Shown in pieces: positions 9,840 through 19,924 of a stretch of DNA of 64,000 nt. The DNA is taken from positions 162,091 to 226,090 of the forward strand of contig CBDCBQ010000003.1 in assembly GCA_965214415.1 (NCBI GenBank), in the 5' to 3' direction. The notes below the pieces were generated by a model that did not search any database, had not been told where the DNA came from, and saw only the letters and a program-made list of their open reading frames with translations. The stretch is from an uncultured Lichenihabitans sp. Lineage in GTDB: Bacteria; Pseudomonadota; Alphaproteobacteria; Rhizobiales; Beijerinckiaceae. Position 1 is the first letter of the stretch; every line of letters starts with the position of its first letter. The position numbers and the translations under genes are program-made.

Positions 9840-10065
9840 CCCCCGCATCGAACGCGACGAGGCAGGTCGGGCTGAGCGACGCCCTGTTTTCCTTCATGCA
9901 ATACAGAAGGCGATCCTCATTCGGATATGTCCCGCTGCAGAGCCGCATGGCGTCCATCGTGCAGGCAGCTTTTTCCGCGTCCGTGATCTTGAACCTGTCC
10001 GGCTCGGCCGTGGCCAACGCGGGCACCGCGGTCATCAGGAGAAAAAGCGCCGCTGTGCGCCACAT
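9820..10065 (-). CDS. Small exported Cys-rich protein, unknown function
   Basis: Signal-like MWRTAALFLLMTAVPALATA is followed by four Cys in a 60-aa mature part. The gene is convergent with the GNAT gene. Confidence 0.5.
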   Translation of the reverse strand: MWRTAALFLLMTAVPALATAEPDRFKITDAEKAACTMDAMRLCSGTYPNEDRLLYCMKENRASLSPTCLVAFDAGVKRRRL

Positions 10066-10172
10066 GGAGCAGTCATCCAGGTTTCGTCTTCGACTAATGT
10101 CTTACTGACAGTCGGGGCGGATTCGCGCCAGCTTTTTTATGTCTAAGGGTTACCGGCGCTCATGCGCCAAGC

Positions 10173-10200
10173 TTATGCTTTATGCTTTATGCTGGATGCC
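10173..10200. repeat. Heptamer tandem repeat TTATGCT x3 plus degenerate GGATGCC in a divergent promoter region
   Basis: Read directly as gc-TTATGCT-TTATGCT-TTATGCT-GGATGCC. Confidence 0.9.
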
Positions 10201-10259
10201 GGCGCGCCGAGCGCGCTGCGCGCTTGCCGCGCGGCCAAGCTCGGGTATGCTTTCGTCCG

Positions 10260-11264
10260 ATGTCACAATCTCCCACGACCCACATGATGTCTCTGTCGCG
10301 CCGCGCCGTTCTCGTCGGCGCGGCGGGTCTGGCCGCGGTCGGCCCGACCAACGCCGACACGACGCCGGCCTTTCGCACCGGGACGCTGCCGTTCGGAACC
10401 GGTAACTGGGAGATCGCGACCATCACCGGCCGCGGCCTGGATGGCGCCGCGGGTCTCAAGGTCGAGAACGTGCCGCTCGCGTCGACCGAGTCGGCGCGCA
10501 TCGCCTTCTTGTCGGGCTCGGTCGACGCCATCATCTCGGATCTGCTCTTCGCCGCGCGTCTCAAGGCCGAAGGCAGGCCGATCCAATTCCTTCCCTACTC
10601 GACGACCGAGGGTGCGCTGATGGTCGCGGCGGCCTCGCCGATCGAGGCGATCGCCGACTTGAAGGGCAAGTCGATCGGCGTCGCCGGCGGCCCGCTCGAC
10701 AAGAGCTGGCTCCTGATGCGCGCCGAGGCGCTGAAGATGGCGAACCTCGATCTGACCAAGGATGCCCGACCGGTGTTCGGCGCGCCGCCGCTGCTCGCCG
10801 CGAAGGTCGAGAGCGGCGAACTCGATTGCGGGCTGCTCTATTGGAGCGCTTGCGCGCGCCTGGAGGCGAAGGGTTTCCGCCGCGTGGTGTCTGTCGAGGA
10901 CATCGCCGCCGCGCTCGGCGCGTCCGGCAAGATCGCGCTGGTCGGATTTCTCATCCGGCCCGGCGTGCAGCCCGCGGTGCTCGAAGCGTTCGGCAAGGCG
11001 CTGCGCCTGGCCGACGACCTGCTCGCCAACGATCCCACGGCCTGGACGGCGCTGCGGCCGCTGATGCAGGCCCCGGACGAGGCGACGTTCGAGGCACTGA
11101 AACAGGCGTTCGTGCGTGGCATCCCGCACAAGCCGCGGGCGACCGAGATCGCCGACGCGCAGGCCTTCTTCACGATCGTCGCCAAGCTCGGCGGCTCCGC
11201 GCTCGTCGGCGACGCCACGAGCCTGCCGGCCGACCTCTACGTGGACCAGGCCACCTACGGGTGA
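10260..11264 (+). CDS. ABC transporter substrate-binding protein (NitT/TauT, NMT1-like)
   Basis: Tat-like signal SRRAVLVGAAGLAAVGPTNA and an SBP-like body. Permease and ATPase genes follow. The start was chosen at an internal ATG. Confidence 0.8.
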   Translation: MSQSPTTHMMSLSRRAVLVGAAGLAAVGPTNADTTPAFRTGTLPFGTGNWEIATITGRGLDGAAGLKVENVPLASTESARIAFLSGSVDAIISDLLFAARLKAEGRPIQFLPYSTTEGALMVAAASPIEAIADLKGKSIGVAGGPLDKSWLLMRAEALKMANLDLTKDARPVFGAPPLLAAKVESGELDCGLLYWSACARLEAKGFRRVVSVEDIAAALGASGKIALVGFLIRPGVQPAVLEAFGKALRLADDLLANDPTAWTALRPLMQAPDEATFEALKQAFVRGIPHKPRATEIADAQAFFTIVAKLGGSALVGDATSLPADLYVDQATYG

Positions 11265-12022
11265 TCGAGTTTTCGGCGCGCGGCCTGCGGTTCCTCCTGT
11301 CGATCGTCGGCTTCGTCGTGCTCTGGGGCGTCGTCGCGGGCTTTGCGCGATCGCCTCTGCTGCCGGCACCTTGGGATGTCGGCGTCTTCATCGTTGCCGA
11401 CACCCTGCACGGCGACATGGTCTACAACATCGCCATGACGCTGTGGCGCGCCACCGCCGCGTTCGTGATCGCCATGGCGATCGGCTGCGGCCTGGGCTTC
11501 CTGCTCGGGCGCTCGCGGCGCGTGGACGACGCCTTCATGCCATGGGTGCTCGTGCTCATGAACACGCCGGTGCTCGTGATCGCCGCGCTTTGCTACATAT
11601 GGTTTGGCATCAACGAGATCTCGGCGATCGTCGCCGTGGTGCTGAGCAAGTTTCCCAACAACACGATCATCCTGCGCGACGGGGTGCGGGCGTTCGACCC
11701 CGGCCTCGACGACATCGGCGTGATCTACCGCTTTTCGTTGGCGACGCGCTTTCGTCAGATCATGCTGCCGCAGGCGATGCCCTTCGTCATCGCGGCGGCG
11801 CGCTCGGGGATCGGCATCGTTTGGAAGATCGTCCTCGTCGTCGAGTTCTTCGGGCTCAGCAACGGCGTCGGCTTCGAGATCTCGAAGTATTTCGGCCTGT
11901 TCGCCATCAAGGAGATCATCGGCTACAGCGTCGCGTTCTCGCTCGTCATGCTGGCGGTCGAACTCCTGATCCTGCAACCGCTCGATGATCATGCCCGACG
12001 CTGGCGTCTCGCCGCTTCTTGA
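11261..12022 (+). CDS. ABC transporter permease (NitT/TauT family)
   Basis: GTG start overlaps the SBP stop (GTGA). The product is multi-pass hydrophobic with a binding-protein-dependent permease loop. Confidence 0.85.
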   Translation: MIEFSARGLRFLLSIVGFVVLWGVVAGFARSPLLPAPWDVGVFIVADTLHGDMVYNIAMTLWRATAAFVIAMAIGCGLGFLLGRSRRVDDAFMPWVLVLMNTPVLVIAALCYIWFGINEISAIVAVVLSKFPNNTIILRDGVRAFDPGLDDIGVIYRFSLATRFRQIMLPQAMPFVIAAARSGIGIVWKIVLVVEFFGLSNGVGFEISKYFGLFAIKEIIGYSVAFSLVMLAVELLILQPLDDHARRWRLAAS

Positions 12023-12734
12023 CGTCTCCATCACGCGCAAAAGCCACGGTCGCGGCACCGCGCGCGTCGAGGTCATCGATGGTCTTCGTTTCGCCCTGTT
12101 CCGCGGCACGGTCACCTGCCTGCTAGGCCCGTCTGGCTGCGGCAAGACCACGGCACTGCGCATCGCGCTCGGGCTCGACACGAAGTACGAGGGGTCCGTG
12201 TCGCCGCCCGCGCACGCGCTCAAGCTCGGCGTCGTCTTCCAGGACCCGAGGCTGCTGCCGTGGCGCACCGTGGCGGAGAATGTCATGCTCGCGGCGCCGG
12301 GGCTGCGGCGTGCCGATCTCGATGCACTGCTTGCCGAACTCGGCCTCGAGGCCTGGAGCGCCCATCGCCCGAACCAGCTGTCTCTCGGCATGGCCCGCCG
12401 GGTCGCCCTCGCTCGCGCGCTGGCGGTCGACCCGGACCTGCTCGTGTTGGACGAAGCCTTCGTGTCGCTGGACGAGCGCTCGGCGGCGAGCCTGCGCGCG
12501 ACAGTGTTCACGGCGCTCGGTCGCCGCCGGGCCACGGTGCTGATGGTCACCCATAATATAGATGAGGCGCTGACGTACAGCGACACGGTCCTCGTCTTGG
12601 CGCCGCGACCGACACGGATCATCGCGACAGTGCCGCTGGCCGAGCCCCTCGCCGCCCGCGACAACGCCTGGCTCGCCGCACAGCGCCGAAGTCTGGCGGC
12701 ATCGGGACAGCTGTTTTTGCAGGCGGCGCGATAA
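11985..12734 (+). CDS. ABC transporter ATP-binding protein
   Basis: Walker A GPSGCGKTT, signature LSLGMARR and Walker B LLVLDEAF are all present. Confidence 0.9.
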   Translation: MIMPDAGVSPLLDVSITRKSHGRGTARVEVIDGLRFALFRGTVTCLLGPSGCGKTTALRIALGLDTKYEGSVSPPAHALKLGVVFQDPRLLPWRTVAENVMLAAPGLRRADLDALLAELGLEAWSAHRPNQLSLGMARRVALARALAVDPDLLVLDEAFVSLDERSAASLRATVFTALGRRRATVLMVTHNIDEALTYSDTVLVLAPRPTRIIATVPLAEPLAARDNAWLAAQRRSLAASGQLFLQAAR

Positions 12735-13159
12735 GCCCCCTGCCCAAAAACAGAGCAGGGTCGCCGGCGAAACTCCCTACGGACAACACCTCTGCGAAGT
12801 TTCGCCGCACGCAAAAAGACTTGTGTTTCGAAGCATTTGCTTCCTGAGGCTCTTTGCTGCACCGCAGCAAGATGCTGTTTTGATGCCTGCTTCTACATTC
12901 CTCACTTTCCTATATCGAAAGACGGAGGTTTGCGTATGAGCGTTCCCTAAGAAACAGACTTGCGCGTCGTTTCAAGGTTGGTAGTGTCCGGCCGTCTTCG
13001 ATAGCGAGATACCACATTCGAGGGGCCTGGCCGTCGCGCAAGAGCACAATAATAAGCGGCGCTATCGAGGTTAAGCTAGGCGACTCTACTTTCACGTAAC
13101 CTGTGAATATGGGCGATCCTGAACAATCAGGCGACCATGGCACATTGGAGGAAGCCCAC

Positions 13160-14992
13160 ATGAAGTATATCGGCTTGGCCGTCGCCACTGCCTGTTTGTT
13201 GTCGTACTCGCTGCCTGTCATGGCCGACGATGCCGCGCCCGCGGCTGTCACGGGGCCTTCGGCCGCGAAGCTCATGCAGAACCCGGCCAACTGGGTCGCT
13301 CAGCGCGGCGACTATGCCAACACGGCGTATTCGAAGCTCGATCAGATCACCAACAAGAACGTCAAGTCGATGCAGGTCGCCTGGACCTTCTCGACCGGCG
13401 TCCTGCGCGGCCACGAGGGCTCGCCGCTCGTGATCGGCGACATGATGTACGTGCACACGCCCTTCCCGAACATCGTCTACGCGCTCGACCTCAACAACGA
13501 CGGCAAGATCGTGTGGCGCTACACGCCGAAGCAGGATCCGAGCGTGATCCCGGTCATGTGCTGCGACACCGTCAATCGTGGCCTCGCCTACGACAACGGC
13601 AAGATCTTCCTGCATCAGGCCGACACCAACGTCGTCGCGCTCGACGCGAAGACCGGCAAGGAGCTTTGGAAGGTTGCTAACGGCGATCCGAAGAAGGGTC
13701 AGACCAACACCGCGACCGTCCTGCCCGTCAACGGCAAGATCATCGTCGGCATCTCCGGCGGCGAGTTCGGCGTGCAGTGCCACGTGACCGCTTACGACGA
13801 GAACACCGGCAAGCGCGTGTGGCGTGGGTACTCCGAGGGTACCGACGAGATGATGATCATGAACCCCGAGAAGACGATGTCGCTCGGCAAGCCGGTCGGC
13901 AAGGATTCGTCGCTGAAGACCTGGGAAGGCGATCAGTGGAAGACGGGCGGCGGCTGCACTTGGGGCTGGTACTCGTACGATCCGAAGCTGAATCTGATGT
14001 ACTACGGCTCGGGCAACCCCTCGACCTGGAACCCGAAGCAGCGTCCGGGCGACAACAAGTGGTCGATGACCGTGTGGGCGCGTAACCCCGACACGGGCGA
14101 GGCCAAGTGGGTCTACCAGATGACCCCGCATGATCAGTGGGACTTCGACGGTATCAACGAGATGCCGCTGGTGAACCAGAAGATCAACGGCAAGGAGACG
14201 CCGATGCTGGTCCACTTCGACCGTAACGGTCTCGGCTATACGCTGAACCGCGAGACGGGCGAGCTCCTCGTCGCCGAGAAGTTCGATCCGGCCGTGAACT
14301 GGACCACGGGCGTCGTGATGGACAAGTCGTCGCCGGAATACGGCCGTCCCCAGGTCGTCGCCAAGTACTCGACCGAGCACAACGGCGAAGACAACAACTC
14401 GAAGGGCATCTGCCCGGCGGCTCTCGGCTCCAAGGACGAGCAGCCTTCGGCGTTCTCGCCCCAGACCGGCCTGTTCTACGTGCCGACGAACCACGTCTGC
14501 ATGGATTACGAGCCCTTCAAGGTGAGCTACACCCCCGGTCAGCCGTATGTCGGCGCAACCCTCGCGATGTACCCGGCGCCGGGCGGCACCAACATGGGTA
14601 ACTTCATCGCCTGGGACGCGACCAAGGGCAAGATCGTGTGGTCGGATCCCGAGCAGTTCTCGGCTTGGGGTGGCGCTCTCGCGACCGCTGGTCATCTCGT
14701 GTTCTACGGGACCCTCGAGGGTTACCTGAAGGCCGTCGATGCCAGCACCGGCAAGGAGCTCTACAGGTTCAAGACGCCGTCGGGCATCATCGGCAACGTG
14801 ATGACCTACGAGCACAAGGGCAAGCAGTACGTCGCCGTGTACTCGGGCGTCGGCGGCTGGGCCGGCATCGGCCTCGCGGCCGGTCTGACCGATCCGAACG
14901 CCGGTCTCGGTGCCGTCGGTGGCTACGCAGCCCTCAACAACTATACCGCGCTCGGCGGCACCTTGACGGTGTTCGCGATGCCCAACAGCTGA
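13160..14992 (+). CDS. xoxF: Lanthanide-dependent PQQ methanol dehydrogenase, XoxF type
   Basis: Signal peptide is present, and the N-terminal half matches the conserved XoxF pattern as I recall it ([30 protein letters not shown]). It has the vicinal CC ([10 protein letters not shown]) and WDFDG, with the extra Asp where MxaF has Ala. RBS GGAGGA lies upstream. Confidence 0.92.
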   Translation: MKYIGLAVATACLLSYSLPVMADDAAPAAVTGPSAAKLMQNPANWVAQRGDYANTAYSKLDQITNKNVKSMQVAWTFSTGVLRGHEGSPLVIGDMMYVHTPFPNIVYALDLNNDGKIVWRYTPKQDPSVIPVMCCDTVNRGLAYDNGKIFLHQADTNVVALDAKTGKELWKVANGDPKKGQTNTATVLPVNGKIIVGISGGEFGVQCHVTAYDENTGKRVWRGYSEGTDEMMIMNPEKTMSLGKPVGKDSSLKTWEGDQWKTGGGCTWGWYSYDPKLNLMYYGSGNPSTWNPKQRPGDNKWSMTVWARNPDTGEAKWVYQMTPHDQWDFDGINEMPLVNQKINGKETPMLVHFDRNGLGYTLNRETGELLVAEKFDPAVNWTTGVVMDKSSPEYGRPQVVAKYSTEHNGEDNNSKGICPAALGSKDEQPSAFSPQTGLFYVPTNHVCMDYEPFKVSYTPGQPYVGATLAMYPAPGGTNMGNFIAWDATKGKIVWSDPEQFSAWGGALATAGHLVFYGTLEGYLKAVDASTGKELYRFKTPSGIIGNVMTYEHKGKQYVAVYSGVGGWAGIGLAAGLTDPNAGLGAVGGYAALNNYTALGGTLTVFAMPNS

Positions 14993-15020
14993 TAAGCTGG
15001 GCTGAGCTAGGTTGAATCGG

Positions 15021-15056
15021 GAAGGGCCGGCCAGCTTTGGTCGGCCCTTTTCCTAT
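15021..15056 (+). terminator. Rho-independent-type terminator after xoxF
   Basis: GAAGGGCCGGCCA-GCTT-TGGTCGGCCCTTT forms a long GC stem (two G-T wobbles) with a tetraloop, followed by TCCTATT. Confidence 0.6.
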
Positions 15057-15255
15057 TGCAGGCGCGTGATGTGACGCACGAACGCGGCAGCGCCCAAAGC
15101 ATTTGAATTGCATGACGAAAAGGCAGCCTGCGACCACGCAGCCGATTGATTTCGGCGTCACGGCCGGCATAAGATACGGCAATTCGGCGTCGAGTTTTCC
15201 AAAGTTCGAGCTGATCAAAGGTCGGAACGCATCCGGCTAATCTTGGAGGACGTTC

Positions 15256-15657
15256 ATGCGCGCTGGCGGGTTTTTGATCGCACTTGGTCTTGGAGTTGGT
15301 ATGGTCTCTGGCGTGGCGAGAGCCGACAGCGGCCCCTACACCGACGCGCAGGCCGAAGACGGCCATGTCAAGTTCAACAACAATTGCGCGCAGTGCCATG
15401 GGCCCAAGCTCGACGGCGCGCTCGGCCCGAACCTGCATGACGCCAAGTTCCAAGCGATCTTCGCTGGCAAGCCGGTCAGCGATCTGCGCGATTTCGTGTA
15501 CCAGAACATGCCGCAGAACGCGCCGAAGTCGCTGACCGACGAGAATCTCTATCCAATTCTCGCGTGGATCATGAAAAAGAACAACGTCCCCGCCGGCGAC
15601 AAGCCGTTGACGAAGGACAGCGTTGCGTCGGCGCAGTTCCCCAAAACCGAGAAGTGA
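15256..15657 (+). CDS. xoxG: c-type cytochrome (XoxG / cytochrome c550-like electron acceptor)
   Basis: Signal peptide, a single CAQCH heme motif and a distal Met region. It lies directly downstream of xoxF. Confidence 0.75.
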   Translation: MRAGGFLIALGLGVGMVSGVARADSGPYTDAQAEDGHVKFNNNCAQCHGPKLDGALGPNLHDAKFQAIFAGKPVSDLRDFVYQNMPQNAPKSLTDENLYPILAWIMKKNNVPAGDKPLTKDSVASAQFPKTEK

Positions 15658-16658
15658 CAGCCGTCGCTCGAGTGGCGAGACTCTTCGTTGAGGTTGCTCT
15701 CTGCGGGACGCCGCGATCGTTGATCGCGGCGTCTTTGCTGTTTATCGCCGGTGGAGCGGGTTCGGCGTCGGCGCAGACCGTTCCTGATCTCGTGTCCCGC
15801 ACTGCCTTGCGGGTCTGCGGCGACCCGTCGAATCTCCCCTTCAGCAACCGCCGGAAGCAAGGGTTCGAGAACAGGATCGCGGATATTGTCGGCGATCAAC
15901 TGAAGCGGCCCGTTCGCTATTTTTGGGCGCCGTCGGGCCCCGGGTTTCTCACGAACACGCTCAACGGGGATTTGTGCGACGTCGTGATGGGCTACACGAT
16001 CGGTGCGGAGATGGTCCAGGCGACCAATCCTTATTACCGCTCGACCTATGTGATCGTCGCGCCGAGGGGCAGTCCGCTCGGCACCGTGACCTCGATGGAC
16101 GATCCCAGGCTCGAAGGGCACACGATCGGCGTGTTTTCCGCGACTCCGCCGACCGACGCGATGCTCTCGAATGGCCTTCTGCCGCACGCCAAGCTCTATC
16201 CGCTCATCGTCGATCATCGGTTTGATTCTCCGCTCGACACGATGCTCGGCGACTTGAAGGCGAAGACGATCGAGGCCGCGATCGTTTGGGGTCCTCTCAT
16301 CGGCGAGGCCGTGAAGGCCTCCGACGGCGCGCTCGTGATGACGCCGCTTTTGAAGGATGTCGACAGGGCAGGCTTCAGCTACCGCATCGCGTTCGGCGTT
16401 CGACATGACGAGAACGATTGGAAGCACACGCTCGAGGGTGTGATCCGCGCGCGCAAGGCAGACATCGCCCGCGTTCTCGAGGACTACAACGTCCCCATGC
16501 TCGACAATCTCGGCCACTTGATCCCGCCCGCGAAAACGGGACCCGCGGCGCCGAAGGTCGAGCCGGCCTCCGCCACGACGGCACCGTCGCCGGGCAAAAG
16601 CGCCGCGCCGGTGCCGCCGGGTTTCCAGATGCCGGGGCCGGCGCCGACCGCCCAGTAG
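15654..16658 (+). CDS. xoxJ: Quinoprotein-dehydrogenase-associated periplasmic binding protein (XoxJ/MxaJ-like)
   Basis: GTG start overlaps the xoxG stop. LRVCGDPSNLPFSN...GFENRIADIVGDQL is typical of the MxaJ/XoxJ SBP-3 family. Confidence 0.8.
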   Translation: MTAVARVARLFVEVALCGTPRSLIAASLLFIAGGAGSASAQTVPDLVSRTALRVCGDPSNLPFSNRRKQGFENRIADIVGDQLKRPVRYFWAPSGPGFLTNTLNGDLCDVVMGYTIGAEMVQATNPYYRSTYVIVAPRGSPLGTVTSMDDPRLEGHTIGVFSATPPTDAMLSNGLLPHAKLYPLIVDHRFDSPLDTMLGDLKAKTIEAAIVWGPLIGEAVKASDGALVMTPLLKDVDRAGFSYRIAFGVRHDENDWKHTLEGVIRARKADIARVLEDYNVPMLDNLGHLIPPAKTGPAAPKVEPASATTAPSPGKSAAPVPPGFQMPGPAPTAQ

Positions 16659-16659
16659 C

Positions 16660-17040
16660 CTATCGGAAGCAGCGGATCTCGGCTTCCGCCTGCGCGCGCC
16701 GCAAGTCGGCGACAAGATCGTTCAACCCCTTGATCGCATTGAACTCGCGCGTGACGGCGCCGACGCCTTCGCGCATCGAAATGACCGTCTCGGCCTGCTC
16801 ATACTTGTCGTAGGGCAGGATCGAGGCGATCACGTCGATCGAGCAGGAGCAATGGACGAGCGCCTGCCGCGTCTGATTGTTGGCGGCCATACAACCAAGA
16901 ACATAGTCGGCGCGGGCGTCCGTCGGGTAGTCGTTGACGCCGCTCGCCGGCGCGGCGGCCAGCGGCGACATCGCCGCGGTACCGATGAAAACAGCCAGAA
17001 TGAAGCGCGTCACCAAGTGTCTCACGGCGATCCGTCTCAT
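16660..17040 (-). CDS. Exported 126-aa protein with four Cys, unknown function
   Basis: Signal-like LVTRFILAVFIGTAAMSPLAAA. The start overlaps the stop of the upstream 231-aa gene (ATGA). It occupies the C-terminal part of a longer track ORF. Confidence 0.6.
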   Translation of the reverse strand: MRRIAVRHLVTRFILAVFIGTAAMSPLAAAPASGVNDYPTDARADYVLGCMAANNQTRQALVHCSCSIDVIASILPYDKYEQAETVISMREGVGAVTREFNAIKGLNDLVADLRRAQAEAEIRCFR

Positions 17041-17732
17041 GGCTTGGTCTCGGATTGATATCGGAGAATCTCGCTGAAGCTCGGCTTGTCGCCGGCTGGC
17101 GCGTGGACATCGACGGTGGCGATCTGCCCAGGCACGCTGTCGGCGATCTCGACCGTGTAGACCATCGTTTCGAGCCCGCCCATCTGATCCTTCATGGGAT
17201 CGTTCTGGAACGGCTCGATCGTGATGCGCGTGCCAGGCACTTGCTTTCCGGCCACCGTGATTGGCATGGACTCGATCCTCGCGTCGTCGCGCCAGGACTT
17301 GCGGATCGCGTTCTTCAGGTAGCGCGGACTGGCGTGCCAAAGCGCCGAAAGCTCCTCGACGTTCTCCTCGAGGGCGAGCAGCAGCACGGGGTTCTGCGCC
17401 ACCGACTGAAACGGCCCGGCAGGTTTCGTGCGCGGCGGCGTGAACATCTTCACGTCGACGGTTCGGCTCGCGGCATCGTCCGCCTTCTCGAGCGTCAGCA
17501 CGATCCTGTCGTCGAAGGACGGCCCGTACAGCGCCTGGGTGGTCGCCTTCGCGTAGCTGTAGGTGATTGTGGAGCCGGCCGGCGCGTTGCTCCATTGCGG
17601 TGTCTCGAACAGAAGCGTCGCGACATCGGGCTTCGCGGTCGCGGCGGGCGGCGCCACCGGATCGGCGGCCGCCATCGGCGTACCGAATGTCAGCGCGCCG
17701 AATGCCAACGCGCAAGCTGCAAGTCGTCTCAC
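17037..17732 (-). CDS. Exported 231-aa protein, unknown function
   Basis: Signal [23 protein letters not shown]. The start overlaps the pqqE stop by 4 nt. I recognise no motif. Confidence 0.65.
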   Translation of the reverse strand: MRRLAACALAFGALTFGTPMAAADPVAPPAATAKPDVATLLFETPQWSNAPAGSTITYSYAKATTQALYGPSFDDRIVLTLEKADDAASRTVDVKMFTPPRTKPAGPFQSVAQNPVLLLALEENVEELSALWHASPRYLKNAIRKSWRDDARIESMPITVAGKQVPGTRITIEPFQNDPMKDQMGGLETMVYTVEIADSVPGQIATVDVHAPAGDKPSFSEILRYQSETKP

Positions 17733-18892
17733 GAAATCTCCTCGACCTGACGCGGCAACGGTTGGCCCGGGCCGCGATAGATGTAATTGGGCGGCGCATC
17801 GGTCGCGGCTTCAGCCGTCGCCAGCGCTTCGACCTTGGCGTGGAACGGCGACTTGCCGCAAGCGGGATCGGTCTCGGCCGCGTCGCCGACGAGCGCGAGG
17901 GCTTGGCAGCGGCAGCCCCCCCAGTCGATCTCCTTGCGCTCGCACGTGCGGCACAGTTCGGGCATCCAGTCGGTGCCGCGGTAGGCGTTGAACGCCGGCG
18001 AGCGGCGCCAGATGTCGGCCAGCGAACGGTCCTTCACGTTCCAGAATTCGAGGCCGGGGATCGACTCCGCCGCGTGGCAGGGCAGAACCTTGCCGGACGG
18101 CGCGACATTCATGAGCTTGCGGCCCCAGCCACCCGCGCAGGCCTTTGGGCGCAGCGCGTAATAGTCCGGGACGACGAGATCGATGACGAGGGTGCCGGAC
18201 AGCCGCTTGCGTGCCGCCTCGACGATGCGGATCGACCGGTCGACCTCCGGCCGCGCCGGCATCAGCGCCGCGCGGTTGGTGTAGGCCCAACCATAATATT
18301 GCGTATGCGCGATCTCGAGCCGGCGCGCGCCGAGCGTCTGCGCGAGCTCGATGAAACCCTCGACCTGATCGATATTGCCGCGATGGATGACCGCGTTCAC
18401 CGTCAGCGCGAGCCCAAGCCGCTTCACCTCGTCGGCGAAGCGCATCTTCGTTTCGTGCGAGCCCTTGAGGCCGGCGACCTTGTCGGCCGATGCGATGTCG
18501 ATGCCTTGCAGCGAGAGCTGCACATGGTCGAGCCCGGCGTCCGACAAGGCCGGCAGCAAAGCGAGCGCGCGGCCGACGCCCGAGGTGATCAGGTTCGAGT
18601 AGAGGCCCGCCGACGCGCATTTGGCGGTGATCTCGACGATGTCCTGGCGCGCCGTCGGCTCGCCGCCGGAGAGGTGCACGTGCAGCACGCCGAGCGCCGC
18701 GGCCTCCTCCAACACGCGCAGCACGGTCGCGGTATCCATCTCGGCCGAGCGCTTGTCGAGATCGAGCGGGTTGGAGCAATACGGGCACCTCAGCGGACAG
18801 CGGTGCGTCAGCTCCATCAGGATGCCGATCGGGTTCGGCACGGCAGGCGCGGAGCCGGCTGGGCTGGAGCCGGGGAGGACGGAATTGGTCAT
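17729..18892 (-). CDS. pqqE: PQQ biosynthesis radical SAM enzyme PqqE
   Basis: [10 protein letters not shown] is the radical-SAM CxxxCxxC motif, and a C-terminal SPASM Cys cluster is present. Confidence 0.95.
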   Translation of the reverse strand: MTNSVLPGSSPAGSAPAVPNPIGILMELTHRCPLRCPYCSNPLDLDKRSAEMDTATVLRVLEEAAALGVLHVHLSGGEPTARQDIVEITAKCASAGLYSNLITSGVGRALALLPALSDAGLDHVQLSLQGIDIASADKVAGLKGSHETKMRFADEVKRLGLALTVNAVIHRGNIDQVEGFIELAQTLGARRLEIAHTQYYGWAYTNRAALMPARPEVDRSIRIVEAARKRLSGTLVIDLVVPDYYALRPKACAGGWGRKLMNVAPSGKVLPCHAAESIPGLEFWNVKDRSLADIWRRSPAFNAYRGTDWMPELCRTCERKEIDWGGCRCQALALVGDAAETDPACGKSPFHAKVEALATAEAATDAPPNYIYRGPGQPLPRQVEEIS

Positions 18893-19170
18893 TGTGCCTC
18901 CATCACGCGTTTGGCGATGAGATCGTCGAGCATCCTCGTTATATCGGCTTCGATCACGATTTTGTCCGCCGAATATTTCGTCGCGAGCTCGCCGGCGATA
19001 TCGCCGACGGTACGCTTGCCGTCGACGAGCTGCAGCACCGCCACCGCGTTGCCGTCGACATTGAACGCGCGCTCCGGGGCCAACAGCACATGCGCCTCGC
19101 GCACCTGATCGTAGTGCAGGCGCACGCCGCGCGGCAGCCTGGGTACGCTGGCACCCGAGATCTCGCTCAC
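18889..19170 (-). CDS. pqqD: PQQ biosynthesis peptide chaperone PqqD
   Basis: The 93-aa product reads [42 protein letters not shown]. Its stop overlaps the pqqE start. Confidence 0.9.
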   Translation of the reverse strand: MSEISGASVPRLPRGVRLHYDQVREAHVLLAPERAFNVDGNAVAVLQLVDGKRTVGDIAGELATKYSADKIVIEADITRMLDDLIAKRVMEAQ

Positions 19171-19180
19171 CAGACCTGCC

Positions 19181-19924
19181 TCACGAAACCGCGTGGCCGG
19201 GCGTCCAGGCGCCCGGCGGGATCACCGCGCCATCCTCGACATAGGCGTGGTGCAGCGCGTCGAGCTGCGCCCACAGCACATTGCATTTGAAGCGGAGCGC
19301 ATCGAGCACGGCGGCCTGCTCGCGCGCGGTCAGCGCGTTCTCGCGCACATAGGCAAGCGCGAAGTCCGCGTCGCGTGGCGCCTGCGTCAGCCGCTTGCCG
19401 AAATAGGCCAGCGTCTTCTCGGAGATGAAGTCGTAGTTCTTCAGCATGCCCGAGACGCGCTCGGAGATGATGTTGGGCGAGAACAGCTCCGTCAGCGACG
19501 AGCCGATCGCCTCGAGCAGCGGCTTCTCGCGCACGAAATGCACGTAGGCATCGACCGCGAACCGCGTCGCCGGCAGCAGGCCCTGCAGCGATGTCACGTA
19601 GTCGCGCGCAAAACCAAGCCCGTCGGTCAGCATCAGCCAGCGCTCGATGCCGCCGTCGCCGGCGTTTTCGCCGTCGTGGTCGACGATGCGCTGGCGCCAG
19701 ATGCGGCGCAGCTCGGGGTCCTGCATGCGCGACAGGATCGTCGCGTCCTTGATCGGGATCATCGCCTGGTAATAGAAGCGATTGAGCGCCCACGCCTGGA
19801 CCTGCTCGCGGTTCAGTTTGCCGTTGTGCAGCAGCTTATGGAACGGATGCAGGTTGTGATACCGGCTCGCGCCGATCGCGCGCAGCTGCTTCTCGAGTTC
19901 GTCCGGCGTCAAAAGGTTGTTCAT
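19181..19924 (-). CDS. pqqC: Pyrroloquinoline-quinone synthase PqqC
   Basis: MNNLLTPDELEKQLRAIGASRYHNLHPFHKLLHNGKL... is the canonical PqqC sequence. This is an internal start within the track ORF 19181..20671. Confidence 0.95.
   Translation of the reverse strand: MNNLLTPDELEKQLRAIGASRYHNLHPFHKLLHNGKLNREQVQAWALNRFYYQAMIPIKDATILSRMQDPELRRIWRQRIVDHDGENAGDGGIERWLMLTDGLGFARDYVTSLQGLLPATRFAVDAYVHFVREKPLLEAIGSSLTELFSPNIISERVSGMLKNYDFISEKTLAYFGKRLTQAPRDADFALAYVRENALTAREQAAVLDALRFKCNVLWAQLDALHHAYVEDGAVIPPGAWTPGHAVS

Noticed and set aside
13138-13152. TGGCAC-N5-TTGG, resembling a sigma-54 -24/-12 element, before xoxF
   Set aside because: It lies only about 10-20 nt upstream of the ATG and overlaps the GGAGGA ribosome-binding site. 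The -12 element is TTGG rather than TTGC. The position is incompatible with a promoter.
12910-13290. 126-aa minus-strand ORF upstream of and overlapping the xoxF start
   Set aside because: It overlaps the xoxF signal-peptide codons on the opposite strand. It has no RBS and no recognisable motif, and half of it lies in the A+T-richer leader. It is probably spurious, although a gene remnant cannot be excluded.
13160-14992. Possibility that the PQQ dehydrogenase is a calcium-type MxaF
   Set aside because: No mxaI small-subunit gene follows. The residue two positions after the catalytic Asp is Asp (WDFDG), and the N-terminal half matches the XoxF pattern.
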